A stretch of DNA of 64,000 nucleotides, taken from the NCBI GenBank assembly GCA_037305845.1, contig CP147778.1:2624001-2688000 (forward strand). Reading direction: 5' to 3'. The DNA comes from Candidatus Freyarchaeum deiterrae (lineage in GTDB: Archaea > Asgardarchaeota > Jordiarchaeia > Jordiarchaeales > Jordiarchaeaceae). The notes beneath the pieces are model-generated. The model saw only the letters and a program-made list of their open reading frames with translations, was not told the origin of the DNA and did no database searches. This document shows positions 1 through 10,225 of the stretch, piece by piece (the stretch's first letter is position 1; each line of letters starts with the position of its first letter). The position numbers and the translations under genes were made by a program.

Positions 1-446
1 ACTTCTGCTCCTTTGTCGGTCGGAAGATAGTCTTTCTCTTTCAATCGGACCCTGCCGATTCTTGGCAGTTGGATTGAACCGTGGAAAACTCTGATGGAGC
101 CGGTGAGCCGGAAACTGCTGATTCCGCGTTTCCTACTCCTGAATTTGGGGTATTTCGCCCGTCCCTCGAAGAAGTTCTTGAACGCCCTGTCGAGGTCTCG
201 GAGAGCCTCCTGCGGGGCGCACTTGGAGACCTGGTACATCCACGGAAAGCCCGTTCGCTTAAGCGCGTTCAACTGCCGGTGTAGCTCGATGGCGTTCGAG
301 GATTTACCCGTCTTCTCGTATTCTTCCTTCCTCCGAGCGAGACCCCAGTTGTACGCAAACCTCGCCGCCCCACTGTGCTTGAGCAGAGCCGTGCGCTGGG
401 CATTGTTGGGTTCTAGCTCGGTTTTGTAGGCGCGATTAATCAACAT
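1..446 (-). CDS. tnpB: TnpB RNA-guided nuclease, N-terminal part (truncated by window edge; missing from ORF track)
   Basis: Manual translation from ATG 446 gives MLINRAYKTELEPNNAQRTALLKHSGAARFAYNWGLARRKEEY...QEALRDLDRAFKNFFEGRAKYPKFRSRK...IQLPRIGRVRL, the typical TnpB HTH/WED N-terminus. Overlaps the tnpA stop. Confidence 0.93.
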   Translation of the reverse strand, partial: MLINRAYKTELEPNNAQRTALLKHSGAARFAYNWGLARRKEEYEKTGKSSNAIELHRQLNALKRTGFPWMYQVSKCAPQEALRDLDRAFKNFFEGRAKYPKFRSRKRGISSFRLTGSIRVFHGSIQLPRIGRVRLKEKDYLPTDKGAE

Positions 447-1011
447 CTTTAGTCGCCTCCTCCAGCGCCCTCTTGGCCCTATTTTTCGCCGCCCTCTTCC
501 CATACAGCCTCGCACAGAAACTTGTCAAGACATCCACCATGTCCTGCACCAGATCATCGTTGCATTCGGTCTGGTTTATAACTTGCAACTGACGATTGGC
601 GGCCGCCAAAGCGGCGGAAATGAACTCCTCTGCTCCGAACCGAGCCAGACGATCCCGATGTTCGACAACTATGATGGAGATGGATGGGTCGGCAAGGAGC
701 TTCAATAACTGTTTGCGGTGCCCGTTCAACAAACCAGACCCAGTTTCCTGAACTTCCTTGATCACCTTCAGGCCTTGAGCGGCGGCGTAGTCGCGTAGGC
801 GTTGCATCTGCCGCTCCAGATCCGATTTCTGGTCGGCTGATGAGACCCGCGCGTACAGGGCTGTATTGTTTGTTGCAGTCGGTGTTTCGTGGACGAGGAT
901 TGTCCCGGTGGGTAGTTGTTCGGTTGGTCGCGGGAACTTGCCGGAACGGTAGAGGCGGTACGCGGTTTTGTAATCGATGCCCTGTTTCCTCGCCCAATCA
1001 GCTAGTTTCAT
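436..1011 (-). CDS. tnpA: IS607-family transposase (MerR-like HTH + serine recombinase)
   Basis: MKLADWARKQGIDYKTAYR HTH; catalytic YARVSS motif; EHRDRLARFG; DDLVQDMVDVLTSFCARLYG. Confidence 0.95.
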   Translation of the reverse strand: MKLADWARKQGIDYKTAYRLYRSGKFPRPTEQLPTGTILVHETPTATNNTALYARVSSADQKSDLERQMQRLRDYAAAQGLKVIKEVQETGSGLLNGHRKQLLKLLADPSISIIVVEHRDRLARFGAEEFISAALAAANRQLQVINQTECNDDLVQDMVDVLTSFCARLYGKRAAKNRAKRALEEATKDVD

Positions 1012-1240
1012 AATAGTATCACATGACCATATATGGTATTATATGGTATTAAATATTTCTGCTGTTGCTAACCCTGCTTCTCGGGGAGGATTCGCCCCCT
1101 CTAATACAACTTAACACCAATCAAAAAAGCAAAAAAATTCAAGATTCCGAAGTACTACTCAATAAAAAAAATATATTAGTCCTTAACACTATTATATACA
1201 GTAATGTTATGACCAACGTAATTAAGAGAGGTGACGGAAA

Positions 1241-1945
1241 GTGGACAAAGCGAAGACTTCAGATTTTAAAATGCTTGATGATGTACCAAATACAGAGCCC
1301 GATCTCGAATCCTTTACAGCAATACTTGTGCAAGGTTTAGCCGCGGAAGAAAAAATCTACGGTCAAGTATTCACCACTCTATCAATAAAGAACGCCTTAA
1401 ATTACATTGCTAAAAAATTTGGAGAAAAACCGCCGGAAGATATCAAAACCTTAAGCCAGCTGCGTGAATACATACTCGCATTGACCGAAAAACACCACAC
1501 CGCTTATCATGCATTTGTATACGCTCAGTTCAAGACTGAAAATGAGCTCCAAGGCCAAACTGGGGCAGGGGCTCGAATGGGTTCAGTAGAGGTTTATAAA
1601 GGCACGGAGAAGAAATTAAACGTTGAAGAGCGAAACGTTGATTTAGACAATGTTATATCAACCTACCGCCAGGCAACGATCGCGATGAAAGTTGCTACTC
1701 GGGAATTTGGATATAAAAAGAATAAGGATGGAAGTGTAGATTTAGTCTTGCCAATGTGTTACTCTACGGATGTATGCCAATATATCTTTGAAGAGGGATT
1801 GCTAAAACGGCCCGACGGTAGAGTGCGGTGCACTCGCGCATTTGGCATATCCCAGTTCTTTAAACTGGCTACGAATGAAGATTGGGACTATGACCTACTA
1901 GAAACTTTCAAACCATATTGCATGATAAGAATATACCCCGTCTAA
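1241..1945 (+). CDS. Hypothetical protein with C-terminal Cys cluster (V4R/metal-binding-like)
   Basis: 234-aa ORF, GTG start with GAGGTGA SD; C-x5-C...C...C pattern in the C-terminal half. Confidence 0.6.
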   Translation: MDKAKTSDFKMLDDVPNTEPDLESFTAILVQGLAAEEKIYGQVFTTLSIKNALNYIAKKFGEKPPEDIKTLSQLREYILALTEKHHTAYHAFVYAQFKTENELQGQTGAGARMGSVEVYKGTEKKLNVEERNVDLDNVISTYRQATIAMKVATREFGYKKNKDGSVDLVLPMCYSTDVCQYIFEEGLLKRPDGRVRCTRAFGISQFFKLATNEDWDYDLLETFKPYCMIRIYPV

Positions 1946-2349
1946 CCACTATTTTTGGAAGAAATGATTTAAACAAACCTCCGGTGAAGTAGATTCGCCC
2001 GATTCTACCCCTTATTTTGGGGTTCTAAATTGGAAAAGAAGCTCTATAAAAGCTCCTTTTGGAGGCAGAATCGAACGAAACTACATCGGCTATTTTATTT
2101 CATAGAGATAATAGTTAGCAAATTATTTTTTCCAATTGTGTTGATTGGTATTCTGAATGTTAGGAGTTCTTTTAGTGTCCAGATGCGGTTTGCGATCCCG
2201 GCTGCTATGGCAGGTGTTCTCTTCTCCCACTTCTTTCTTCCGATCCCTTCAACCTAATCCTTAGGGCTTTCTTGCGAATCCTCAGTAAAAAGGTCTTTGA
2301 TACACGCAATAATAATTCTTATATATCTCAGATTGGCTCGTTTTTATTT

Positions 2350-3303
2350 ATGATAATCGATTTTAGTGCTCATTATATGTCGTCTTCCGTGGCAAAAATT
2401 TTCTTGTCTGCAGGAAGGCAGTTTTTGTATCCACAAAAGAGTGATGACGCAGAGGAAAGACTGAAAATTATGAGAAAATATGGGATCGACATGCAGGTCT
2501 TGAGTCAGACGACTCCGATGCTTTCGGGAATTGAACCGAGGGAGGCTGCTGAAATCTGCAAAGCCTCAAACGATGACATTTATAAGTTGTGTGTGGAGTA
2601 TCCTAACAAATTTGAGGGGTTAGCCATCGTCTCTCTTCTGGATGTTGAGAGTGCTCTGGAGGAGTTGGATCGCGCCGTCAATGATATGGGTTTCAGGGGG
2701 GTCACCATTGCAACTAACCAGAACGGTACGGGGCTGGACTCTCCTAGTTATGCACCGTTTTACGACCGGGTCACAAAATACGATATCCCCATCTTTCTGC
2801 ACCCAACTAACTGGAGCTCCTATCCTCTGCTTGAGGGAAGGGATGGCTTCGGTCTCATGTTCATAATAGGCTGGCAGTTCGACACCACTCAGGCATTATG
2901 CCGCCTGATATTCGGCAAAGTTCTGGAAAAATATCCTTCGCTCAAAATTGTTACGCATCACCTGGGCGGTTTCTTTCCTTATAGTAGAGTGGAGACTTTC
3001 TATGAGGGGCTTCTCAGGCAATCGTTGGTGCTGAAGAAACCCTTGGCGGAGTACTTGAAGCAGATCTACGGAGATACGGCTCTAAGTGGAATGGGCAGGG
3101 TAAGAAAGGAAATACTAGACCTTGGCTATGCGTTCTTCGGGTCGCAGCGTATAGTTTTCGGGACGGATTATCCATTCGGCTCCGAGGGTGGGGAGGGTTT
3201 CGTTAGAGATAACCTGAAACCGATAAAAGACCTCAAAATTTCAGAAGAGGACAAGAGCAGAATATTCGAAAAGAATGCTAAGAGGCTCCTAAAAATAAAG
3301 TGA
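2350..3303 (+). CDS. Amidohydrolase_2 family protein (ACMSD/decarboxylase-like)
   Basis: MIIDFSAH start at ATG 2350; PIFLHP, HHLGG and FGTDYPF motifs. Confidence 0.9.
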   Translation: MIIDFSAHYMSSSVAKIFLSAGRQFLYPQKSDDAEERLKIMRKYGIDMQVLSQTTPMLSGIEPREAAEICKASNDDIYKLCVEYPNKFEGLAIVSLLDVESALEELDRAVNDMGFRGVTIATNQNGTGLDSPSYAPFYDRVTKYDIPIFLHPTNWSSYPLLEGRDGFGLMFIIGWQFDTTQALCRLIFGKVLEKYPSLKIVTHHLGGFFPYSRVETFYEGLLRQSLVLKKPLAEYLKQIYGDTALSGMGRVRKEILDLGYAFFGSQRIVFGTDYPFGSEGGEGFVRDNLKPIKDLKISEEDKSRIFEKNAKRLLKIK

Positions 3304-3360
3304 AGCGGGCTGGGAATCTTTTTTATAGGTGTTTCTTATTCTACTAAGGGTGGTGATGTT

Positions 3361-3642
3361 GTGACTGCGAGTGTTGAAGAGATTTCAGCGGCTCTGGGTT
3401 TGAGTAAAGAGGAGTTGATTAGGAGGGGTGTTAGAGCGTACTTGGAGCTTGAGCTGAGGCGGCTTAACTCCGAAATAATGACTCTCTACCGTCGATACAA
3501 CGTCAAGTCACTTAAAGAATTGGATGAGAAAATTAGCAGAGGAGAGCTTAGTGAAACTGACACCTTCGACGACTTCACAAAGCTAGATTTCCTCGAGGCG
3601 AAGAGGGACGAGGTGGAAAAGTTTCTGAGGAGCACGAGTTGA
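3361..3642 (+). CDS. Putative antitoxin, partner of the downstream DUF6516-like protein
   Basis: 93 aa, RHH-like N-terminus; 4-nt TTGA overlap with the next gene. Confidence 0.6.
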   Translation: MTASVEEISAALGLSKEELIRRGVRAYLELELRRLNSEIMTLYRRYNVKSLKELDEKISRGELSETDTFDDFTKLDFLEAKRDEVEKFLRSTS

Positions 3643-4022
3643 CCCAAAGGGTAAGCAAGACATATGACAAGCTGACGGAAATAATTCTGCGATCTTTTCC
3701 TGAGATAGTTGTTTCTATTGATGAACCTTATGGTAAGCTCAGAATTTATCTTGTTGATGGGAGCTATCTCGATGTTTGGTTATCACATAAAATTCCTAAT
3801 AGATATGCTTACCACTGGGAACACAGACACATAGATGGCAAAGTACATCGACATGACAATCGTCCCCACGAATCTCTAAAACACATGAAAACTTACCCTA
3901 AACATTTTCATAACGAAACAGAGAACAACATACAGGAGAGCCGCATAAGCGAAAAACCTGAAGAGGCACTAATCTACTTTCTAAACTTCATCAAAGAGAA
4001 AATCCAAAAACCAAAGGCTTAG
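3639..4022 (+). CDS. DUF6516-like putative toxin
   Basis: YAYHW...RHDNRPH...TYPKHFH motif. Confidence 0.75.
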   Translation: MTQRVSKTYDKLTEIILRSFPEIVVSIDEPYGKLRIYLVDGSYLDVWLSHKIPNRYAYHWEHRHIDGKVHRHDNRPHESLKHMKTYPKHFHNETENNIQESRISEKPEEALIYFLNFIKEKIQKPKA

Positions 4023-4261
4023 AGAAACTTGAAAAATCAACTTACTATAGATTAGTGGCTTCGTCAGCCTAGAATTTATAAATTATGATGGTAGAATAAT
4101 TATAAGCTAATGCGAATTTTTTTAGAAAAATGGATTTTTATGTATTTTTCTCAAAGTTTTTTGTATAAAGTTCTTTTTTTTGATGTTTTATTGCGATTTT
4201 CCCAAATTTGAACAAAAGCTATAAAAACTATTTTGGCGCCATAATATCCTAGTGAGCAATA

Positions 4262-4507
4262 ATGACAATGCTTGGAGTGTGGAATTGTAAAATGGAGCTA
4301 GAAGTTGAAACTAAAAAAATGCAAGCTGTTGCCCTAAAGCAGGAACTGGAAAAAATGGGTATAAGCAACGAGCAACAGGTTAAAGAATTGTGGGAAGAAT
4401 GCATATCAAAAACTCCTGCACTTAACGGGAATTTCAACTGCAATATATCCGTCAAGTTCCTAAACAAGTACTGCGTAGCCGACATAGAACTCACACCCAA
4501 ACAATAA
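4262..4507 (+). CDS. Small hypothetical protein
   Basis: 81-aa ORF in an AT-rich region; the real start may be ATG 4291. Confidence 0.5.
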   Translation: MTMLGVWNCKMELEVETKKMQAVALKQELEKMGISNEQQVKELWEECISKTPALNGNFNCNISVKFLNKYCVADIELTPKQ

Positions 4508-4743
4508 AAATCTCTTCCCTATACGGGAAACCAAATTTTAAGAAAACGAAAAGAAGACCAATACTCACATATCCTTTATTTTCGAAAATGCCCGAAAATT
4601 GGAGAGAATTTACTCATTTTTGTTAATTGTAATGCTCTGCTTCCCGGGTTGCCTAAAACCAAATTTTTGCTTCTGTTCCTCTTCAATAAAGTATAAAAGT
4701 GTATTCTTTTTTCAGTATCATGATTTTTTAATAGTGATTTAGA

Positions 4744-5244
4744 GTGGTTCTGATGATTAAACTGGTTATTTTCGATGCTGATGAAACCCTATGGACTACT
4801 TATGGATACTGGGCTAGTTTACTTGTTCCTCCCCTGGAAAAGGTCAATGATAGTGAGATAAGAGACTCGGAAGGTAAAAGGCTCACTCTGTTTGATGGTG
4901 TTAGGCAGCTGTTGGAAACTCTGAATGATAGGGGAATTTTGATTTCGCTGGTTAGTATTAACGATCATGAACCAAATAGAGTGGCTGAATGTTTGGAGCT
5001 TTTTGAGTTAGACCGCTTTTTTGTTTATCCGCAGGTTGATTGGGGTGATAAGGGTCAGAACATCAAGAAAGTTTTGAATCTCCTGCGGGAAAACGATGGG
5101 AAGATACTCAAGTATGATGAAGTTTTGTTTGTGGATGACCTTCTACCCTTCATAAAAAACGCGAAGGCGGCTTGTCCGGGTATTAAAACCCTTCATATCG
5201 GCAGCGAAATATCTGTTGTTACCGAAATAATGAACTTCTTATAA
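4744..5244 (+). CDS. HAD subfamily IIIC, magnesium-dependent phosphatase-1-like
   Basis: IFDADETLW motif I; LFVDD motif IV. Confidence 0.85.
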   Translation: MVLMIKLVIFDADETLWTTYGYWASLLVPPLEKVNDSEIRDSEGKRLTLFDGVRQLLETLNDRGILISLVSINDHEPNRVAECLELFELDRFFVYPQVDWGDKGQNIKKVLNLLRENDGKILKYDEVLFVDDLLPFIKNAKAACPGIKTLHIGSEISVVTEIMNFL

Positions 5245-5502
5245 GAAAAATAGGGACATAATAGTTCAAAAGCTGGGAGAAAAATAAGTCACTTACAATT
5301 ACTGATCAAAGTATTGCTCTGAAAACTTGAGGTTTTCATAATTTGCTCAAAACAATTTTAGCGTATGAGGTTTTATCCTCATAATTGCTTTTCCTTCTTT
5401 GTCGAGACGCTAAATTAATTATTTTTTACAGTGGATATAAATATTATAATTCTTACAAAAAATATAAGTATTGTTATTTCACAGTTTATTTGGTGACCAT
5501 AA

Positions 5503-5772
5503 ATGTCTACAATCCAAGTTGACGAGGAAACAAAAAGAAAACTTTTAGATATTGCCGGCCGGCTTCAGTCTGAGCTTAAGAAAAATGTCACCTTTAATGA
5601 CGCAATCAGGTTTCTCATCGATGAGTACGAGGGGAAGAAAGACTTCAGTGCCTTACGTCCCTTCTTCGGCGTTCTAAAGAAGAGTCCGGAAGAGGTGAGG
5701 AGGATTCTAACTGAACTCAGAGACGAGGAGGAGAAGAGACTTGAAAAGTTTACAGGGCAATCTAGCGGTTGA
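5503..5772 (+). CDS. vapB: VapB-like antitoxin
   Basis: MSTIQVDEETKRKL...TFNDAIRFLI RHH fold; overlaps a PIN gene. Confidence 0.75.
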   Translation: MSTIQVDEETKRKLLDIAGRLQSELKKNVTFNDAIRFLIDEYEGKKDFSALRPFFGVLKKSPEEVRRILTELRDEEEKRLEKFTGQSSG

Positions 5773-6175
5773 CACAAGTGCTTGGGTAGAATACTTCCTA
5801 GAAACAGAACTTGGAGAGAAACTTGATAACTATCTCAGTTCCCCTGAGCCCAAAAAAGTTTACATCTCCCTGTTCACACTCTCCGAAATTTACTACGTGC
5901 TGTGCAGGGCTGGCGGAGAAAAACTAGCCGAAGAAAGCTTAGAAACTCTAAAAGCCATAAAAGACTTGGTTATAGAAAGATCTGTGGATTTGGCTGGGAA
6001 AGCGGGAAGTCTAAAATGCAAAAGAGCAATATCACTAGCCGACTGCACTTGCATATCCTTGGCAGAAAAATATGGATGTCAGGCTCTCTTCGCTAGGAAA
6101 GAAAGAGAAATAGAAGAGGAAGAGAAGCGGAAACCATTCAAAGTAAAATTGATTTTCCTTGAAGAACAATATTAA
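5741..6175 (+). CDS. vapC: VapC PIN-domain toxin
   Basis: AVDTSAWVEY, LSEIYY and ISLADC PIN motifs. Confidence 0.9.
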   Translation: MKSLQGNLAVDTSAWVEYFLETELGEKLDNYLSSPEPKKVYISLFTLSEIYYVLCRAGGEKLAEESLETLKAIKDLVIERSVDLAGKAGSLKCKRAISLADCTCISLAEKYGCQALFARKEREIEEEEKRKPFKVKLIFLEEQY

Positions 6176-6255
6176 TATTCGTAAATGACAATAATTGTTG
6201 TTAGAAGTTAGAAGTTAAGTTCTTTGTATGCAGTTAGAAGCAAGGAGGACTAAAA

Positions 6256-6744
6256 ATTAGCTATCCAAACTACTCCTGGGTTGATCATCCAAAATATAAA
6301 AAATGGCTAAGTGAGTACGTTTCAAACCTATTACAAAAACTGGGCGAAAGAGTTATTGCACTACTTGTTTTCGGTTCAGTCGCCTCCGGAAAAGCTCGAT
6401 TTGACAAGGAGTACCAGAGCGACATAGACCTCCTAGCCGTTATCAAAGACTTACCGGTAGACTACTTCGATAGATCGATGTACAAAATAGGCATAGAAGG
6501 CATGACGGGAATCGGCTTTGATTCCATATGGTACACCCCCGAAGAGATGCCGAAAATCGTGGAGAGGAAACCTCCGTTCATCCTCGACGCTCTGGTACAC
6601 GGAATAATTATTTATGATACCGAGCAATTTATGGAGAAAACAGTTGAGAATCTCAAGGAAGAGCTGAAGAGGAAGGGTGTTAAAGAAACGGAAAAAGCTT
6701 GGGTGTGGCCCACCAAAAAATTCATGGAAGAAATCGAATTCTAA
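6256..6744 (+). CDS. Minimal nucleotidyltransferase (MNT, Pol-beta superfamily), probable ATT start
   Basis: The frame is open upstream of ATG 6478 and carries the catalytic LLVFGSVASG...SDIDLLAV motif. There is no ATG/GTG/TTG in frame before it. GGAGGA lies 6 nt before ATT 6256. Confidence 0.8.
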   Translation: MSYPNYSWVDHPKYKKWLSEYVSNLLQKLGERVIALLVFGSVASGKARFDKEYQSDIDLLAVIKDLPVDYFDRSMYKIGIEGMTGIGFDSIWYTPEEMPKIVERKPPFILDALVHGIIIYDTEQFMEKTVENLKEELKRKGVKETEKAWVWPTKKFMEEIEF

Positions 6745-6917
6745 AAACACCTTGGCAGAATTTTTTGTGATGAATTGTCAATATATTAGACTCGTTTATT
6801 TTCCGCCCGACGTTCTAACGATTTTTTTCACGAAAACTTAATATGCTTTTAAATTGGAGCGTTCACTGTCTGGAATTAAGCGTTTTATTTTGAGAAACCA
6901 TTCCACCATTCTTCATA

Positions 6918-8126
6918 ATGGAAATTAAGGAAGTTGAGGTAATGGGTCCGCTTGATGGTATTAAGGTATTGGATTTGACTCGTCTTTTACCCGGTGATTA
7001 TTGTACCCTGCTTCTAGCCGATCTGGGCGCGGAAGTGCTTAAGGTAGAGGAACCGGTAGTCGGAGACTATGTTCGCTGGTATCCTCCCATGGTTGGGCAG
7101 GAGAGTGCGATGCATCATCTTTTGAACCGGAATAAGAAGAGTATTACTCTTGACCTTAGGAATGATAGGGCGAGAGAAATCCTGTACAAGCTAGTCAACG
7201 AGTATGATATTCTTATTGAGAGCTTTAGGCCGGGAGTTACGAAAAAACTGGGTATCGACTATGAAATACTGGAGGATATAAATCCCAAGTTGGTGTACCT
7301 TTCACTCACCGGTTATGGTCAGAGTGGTCCCTACAGGGATTTGCCGGGGCATGACATTAACTATATTGGACTCGCGGGGATACTAGGAATCACGGGTGAG
7401 CGTAATGGGCCGCCGGTGATACCCGGTGTACAGGTAGCGGATCTTTCGGGCGGTATGTTTGCAGCTTTCTCGGTTCTCAGTGGAATAATTTCTCGTGATA
7501 GAACGGGCAGAGGGCAGTACATTGATTTTGCTATGCTTGATGGTGTGATTTCATGGCTCACGGTTCACGCCTCGACGTACTTCGCAGGAAACGTTAATCC
7601 TAAAAGGGGTGAGATGCCTCTATCTGGAGCTTTGCCGGTTTACAATGTTTACGAAACTAAGGACGGCAAATATCTTTCTGTGGGCTGCTTGGAGGATAAG
7701 TTCTGGAAAAACCTGTTTAAAGCCATTGGAAGGGAGGATATCCCAAATATTGATGTGTCTTTCCAGAATCTGCGTTTTGACATGTTGGATGAGGTTACCG
7801 CGGAGCTGAGAAAAATTTTTCTTACAAAAACTAGGGATGAGTGGGTGAAACTTTTCTGGGAGCAAGAGGTTATTGCGGGTCCAGTTTACACTTTTGAGGA
7901 GACCTTTAAAGATCCACAAGTTAAGGCGAGAAAGATGATTGTGGAACTTGACCACCCGGAAGTTGGCAAGCTTAAACAGACCGGTATTCCTGTCAAGTTC
8001 TCAAAGACTCCTGGCGAAATTCGAATGCGTGCACCCCACTTGGGGGAAAACACTGAAGAAATTCTCCTAAGTCTAGGTTACAGTGAGGAGGAAATAAAAC
8101 AGTTAAAAAATGAAAAGGCTGTTTAG
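6918..8126 (+). CDS. CaiB/BaiF family III CoA-transferase
   Basis: GPLDGIKVLDLTRLLPG, NRNKKS, ESFRPGV, GYGQSGPY, GHDINY. Confidence 0.95.
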   Translation: MEIKEVEVMGPLDGIKVLDLTRLLPGDYCTLLLADLGAEVLKVEEPVVGDYVRWYPPMVGQESAMHHLLNRNKKSITLDLRNDRAREILYKLVNEYDILIESFRPGVTKKLGIDYEILEDINPKLVYLSLTGYGQSGPYRDLPGHDINYIGLAGILGITGERNGPPVIPGVQVADLSGGMFAAFSVLSGIISRDRTGRGQYIDFAMLDGVISWLTVHASTYFAGNVNPKRGEMPLSGALPVYNVYETKDGKYLSVGCLEDKFWKNLFKAIGREDIPNIDVSFQNLRFDMLDEVTAELRKIFLTKTRDEWVKLFWEQEVIAGPVYTFEETFKDPQVKARKMIVELDHPEVGKLKQTGIPVKFSKTPGEIRMRAPHLGENTEEILLSLGYSEEEIKQLKNEKAV

Positions 8127-8240
8127 TCTAAACTTTTCAAAGAATTCATAAGTCTGTAATACTGTCGTACACTCCTTAAACTTAACAATTACCACGCGTT
8201 ATTAGTGGTTTACTAATAGGAACACGGTTTTGACGGAGGT

Positions 8241-9692
8241 TTGTTGTTGAGTTCAACGATAGTGGAGCAGCTTAATCCGCTTTTCCATGCGAAATCAACT
8301 GCTATTATCGGTTTGTCCAAAAAGATTTTTAGTGTCGGTGCCATGGTCGCTCAGAACATAATCGATGGGGGGTACACTGGAAACTTTTACGCTGTGAATT
8401 CCCATTCAGATACGGTTTACCATGATATGAAGGCTTATCCCTCTTTGAAGGAGATTCCTGAGGAGGTGGATTTAGCCGTTATTGTTACACCCGCAAATAC
8501 TGTACCCGAAATAATGCAGGAGTGTGTTGACAATAATGTTAAAACAGGTATTCTAATTACCGCGGGATTCTCCGAGCTAAGGAATTCCGAAGGAAAACAA
8601 CTCGAGGAGGAAATACTAAGAATAGCCAGAAGCGGCAAGCTACGCTTTACGGGAGGTAACTGTAACGGGGTGAGCAGTGCTTCAGTAAGTTTGCATGCTC
8701 TTCTCTCTCCCATAAGACCGAACTTCGGAAACGTGGGAATACTCAGTCAGGGCGGCTCCCCCGGTGTAGCTATGATAAGCTGGGCAAACAGGTTCCGGAT
8801 CGGAATAAGTCTATACACGAACGCTGGAGACGAGGCGAATCTCAAGATACCGGAGCTGCTTGAGTATTATACTCACGACCCTCAAACCAAGGTCATCATG
8901 ATGTACCTGGAGGGCATCAAAGACGGACGCAGCTTAATGAACTCTGCCAAGGTAACTACCAAGAAAAAACCTCTCCTAATCTACAAAGGGGGAACAAGCG
9001 AATTAGGCAAAAAAGCAGCCATGGCACACGTGGGAGCTCTCGGAGGGTCGAACGCAGTATGCGAAGCCGCTTTCCGACAAATAGGTGTAATCCAAGCTAA
9101 AAGCATCGACCAGATGGTGGGAATAGCCGCAGCCTTCAGCACACAGCCCCTACCCAAGGGTAAAAAAGTGGGAATAATGACCATAGGAGGAGGGCTAGGA
9201 GTGGTGACCAGCGATTACCTGGGAGAAGAGGGAATAGAGATTCCACCTCTTCTAGAAAGCGAAGTTGAACACTTGGATCAATTTTTGCCTCCGCACTGGA
9301 GTAAAGCGAACCCCGTTGATACCACTGATGGAGCTATTGACGCCAGAGTTTTCAGCGAAATCACGGAAACACTCCTGAAAAAAGAAAATATAGATGGCAT
9401 AATACTGATAGGACTGGGCATGAGAGAAGCTTTCGGAAAGCTCCACTATCTTCCAGAATTAGGTGATCTCGTATCTCAAGAGGAGGTTCGCACAGCTCAA
9501 GAACTGGAAAAATTAATGGATAAGTACCAGAAACCCATACTAGCAGTAAAAATATACGCTGCAGAGGACAGTCCTACGGTCGCAGAACTCAGGCAGCGTG
9601 GAATCCCCGTGTATGAAACCCCACAGGATGGCGCAGCAGCCTATAATTCACTAGTAAAATACTACGATTACCAGAAAAATAACCTAAAGTGA
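8241..9692 (+). CDS. acdA: ADP-forming acyl/acetyl-CoA synthetase alpha subunit
   Basis: CoA-binding domain (ITAGFSE), SQGG, YLEG, phospho-His segment AHVGALGG, NPVD. Confidence 0.9.
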   Translation: MLLSSTIVEQLNPLFHAKSTAIIGLSKKIFSVGAMVAQNIIDGGYTGNFYAVNSHSDTVYHDMKAYPSLKEIPEEVDLAVIVTPANTVPEIMQECVDNNVKTGILITAGFSELRNSEGKQLEEEILRIARSGKLRFTGGNCNGVSSASVSLHALLSPIRPNFGNVGILSQGGSPGVAMISWANRFRIGISLYTNAGDEANLKIPELLEYYTHDPQTKVIMMYLEGIKDGRSLMNSAKVTTKKKPLLIYKGGTSELGKKAAMAHVGALGGSNAVCEAAFRQIGVIQAKSIDQMVGIAAAFSTQPLPKGKKVGIMTIGGGLGVVTSDYLGEEGIEIPPLLESEVEHLDQFLPPHWSKANPVDTTDGAIDARVFSEITETLLKKENIDGIILIGLGMREAFGKLHYLPELGDLVSQEEVRTAQELEKLMDKYQKPILAVKIYAAEDSPTVAELRQRGIPVYETPQDGAAAYNSLVKYYDYQKNNLK

Positions 9693-9774
9693 TTATTTTT
9701 TTATTATTATGTATCTTAACGTCTTGAAAAATCATAAATAGGGAATTACCTATAATTGGTTACAGTGATGGAGG

Positions 9775-9999
9775 ATGTTAGTTAAATTCGAGGTTTATAA
9801 TGACGGCGAATACTGGTGTGCTCGTGGTATCGGGGTGGATATTTTCACTCAGGGTAAGACACTGGATGAACTCATGGGAAACGTAAAGGAGGCAGTTGAA
9901 CTTCATTTTGACGAGGTGTTATCCTCAGGGGTGGACATACAGATATTGTCGATATTCGAGTTTGAGGTGCGCTCACTTGCCGAAGCTGCCGGTAGTTAG
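9775..9999 (+). CDS. hicB: Short HicB-like antitoxin
   Basis: IFTQGKTLDELMGNVKEAVELH motif. Confidence 0.85.
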   Translation: MLVKFEVYNDGEYWCARGIGVDIFTQGKTLDELMGNVKEAVELHFDEVLSSGVDIQILSIFEFEVRSLAEAAGS

Positions 10000-10225
10000 C
10001 GGAGAAAAACTGGTAAAACTGTTAAGGAAGATGGGATACGAGGTAATCCGGCAAAGAGGTAGCCATATAGTACTACGAAAAATAACGGAAGGGGGAGAAC
10101 ATAACATTACTATACCTAATCACCATGAGATCGCAAAAGGAACACTTAACGACATATTATCAAAGGTATCAATATGGAATAATATATCGAAGGATAATTT
10201 GATTGATATGCTTAAGAAAATTTAA
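9977..10225 (+). CDS. hicA: HicA mRNA interferase toxin (TTG start at 9977)
   Basis: MPKLPVVSGEKLVKLL...RQRGSH...IPNH..IAKGTL; GAGGTG SD upstream. Confidence 0.9.
   Translation: MPKLPVVSGEKLVKLLRKMGYEVIRQRGSHIVLRKITEGGEHNITIPNHHEIAKGTLNDILSKVSIWNNISKDNLIDMLKKI

Larger units (their letters stand above)
1..1072 (-). mobile_element. IS607-family insertion sequence (tnpA serine recombinase + tnpB); right part lies outside the window
   Basis: Overlapping tnpA-tnpB pair with GC clearly above the flanking DNA. Tandem 10-bp direct repeat ATATGGTATT x2 (1031-1050) upstream of tnpA. Left boundary inferred at a GG-containing site (~1072). Confidence 0.88.

Noticed and set aside
81-997. ORFs 81-284, 94-429 and 554-997
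   Set aside because: Antisense or alternate-frame shadows of tnpB/tnpA.
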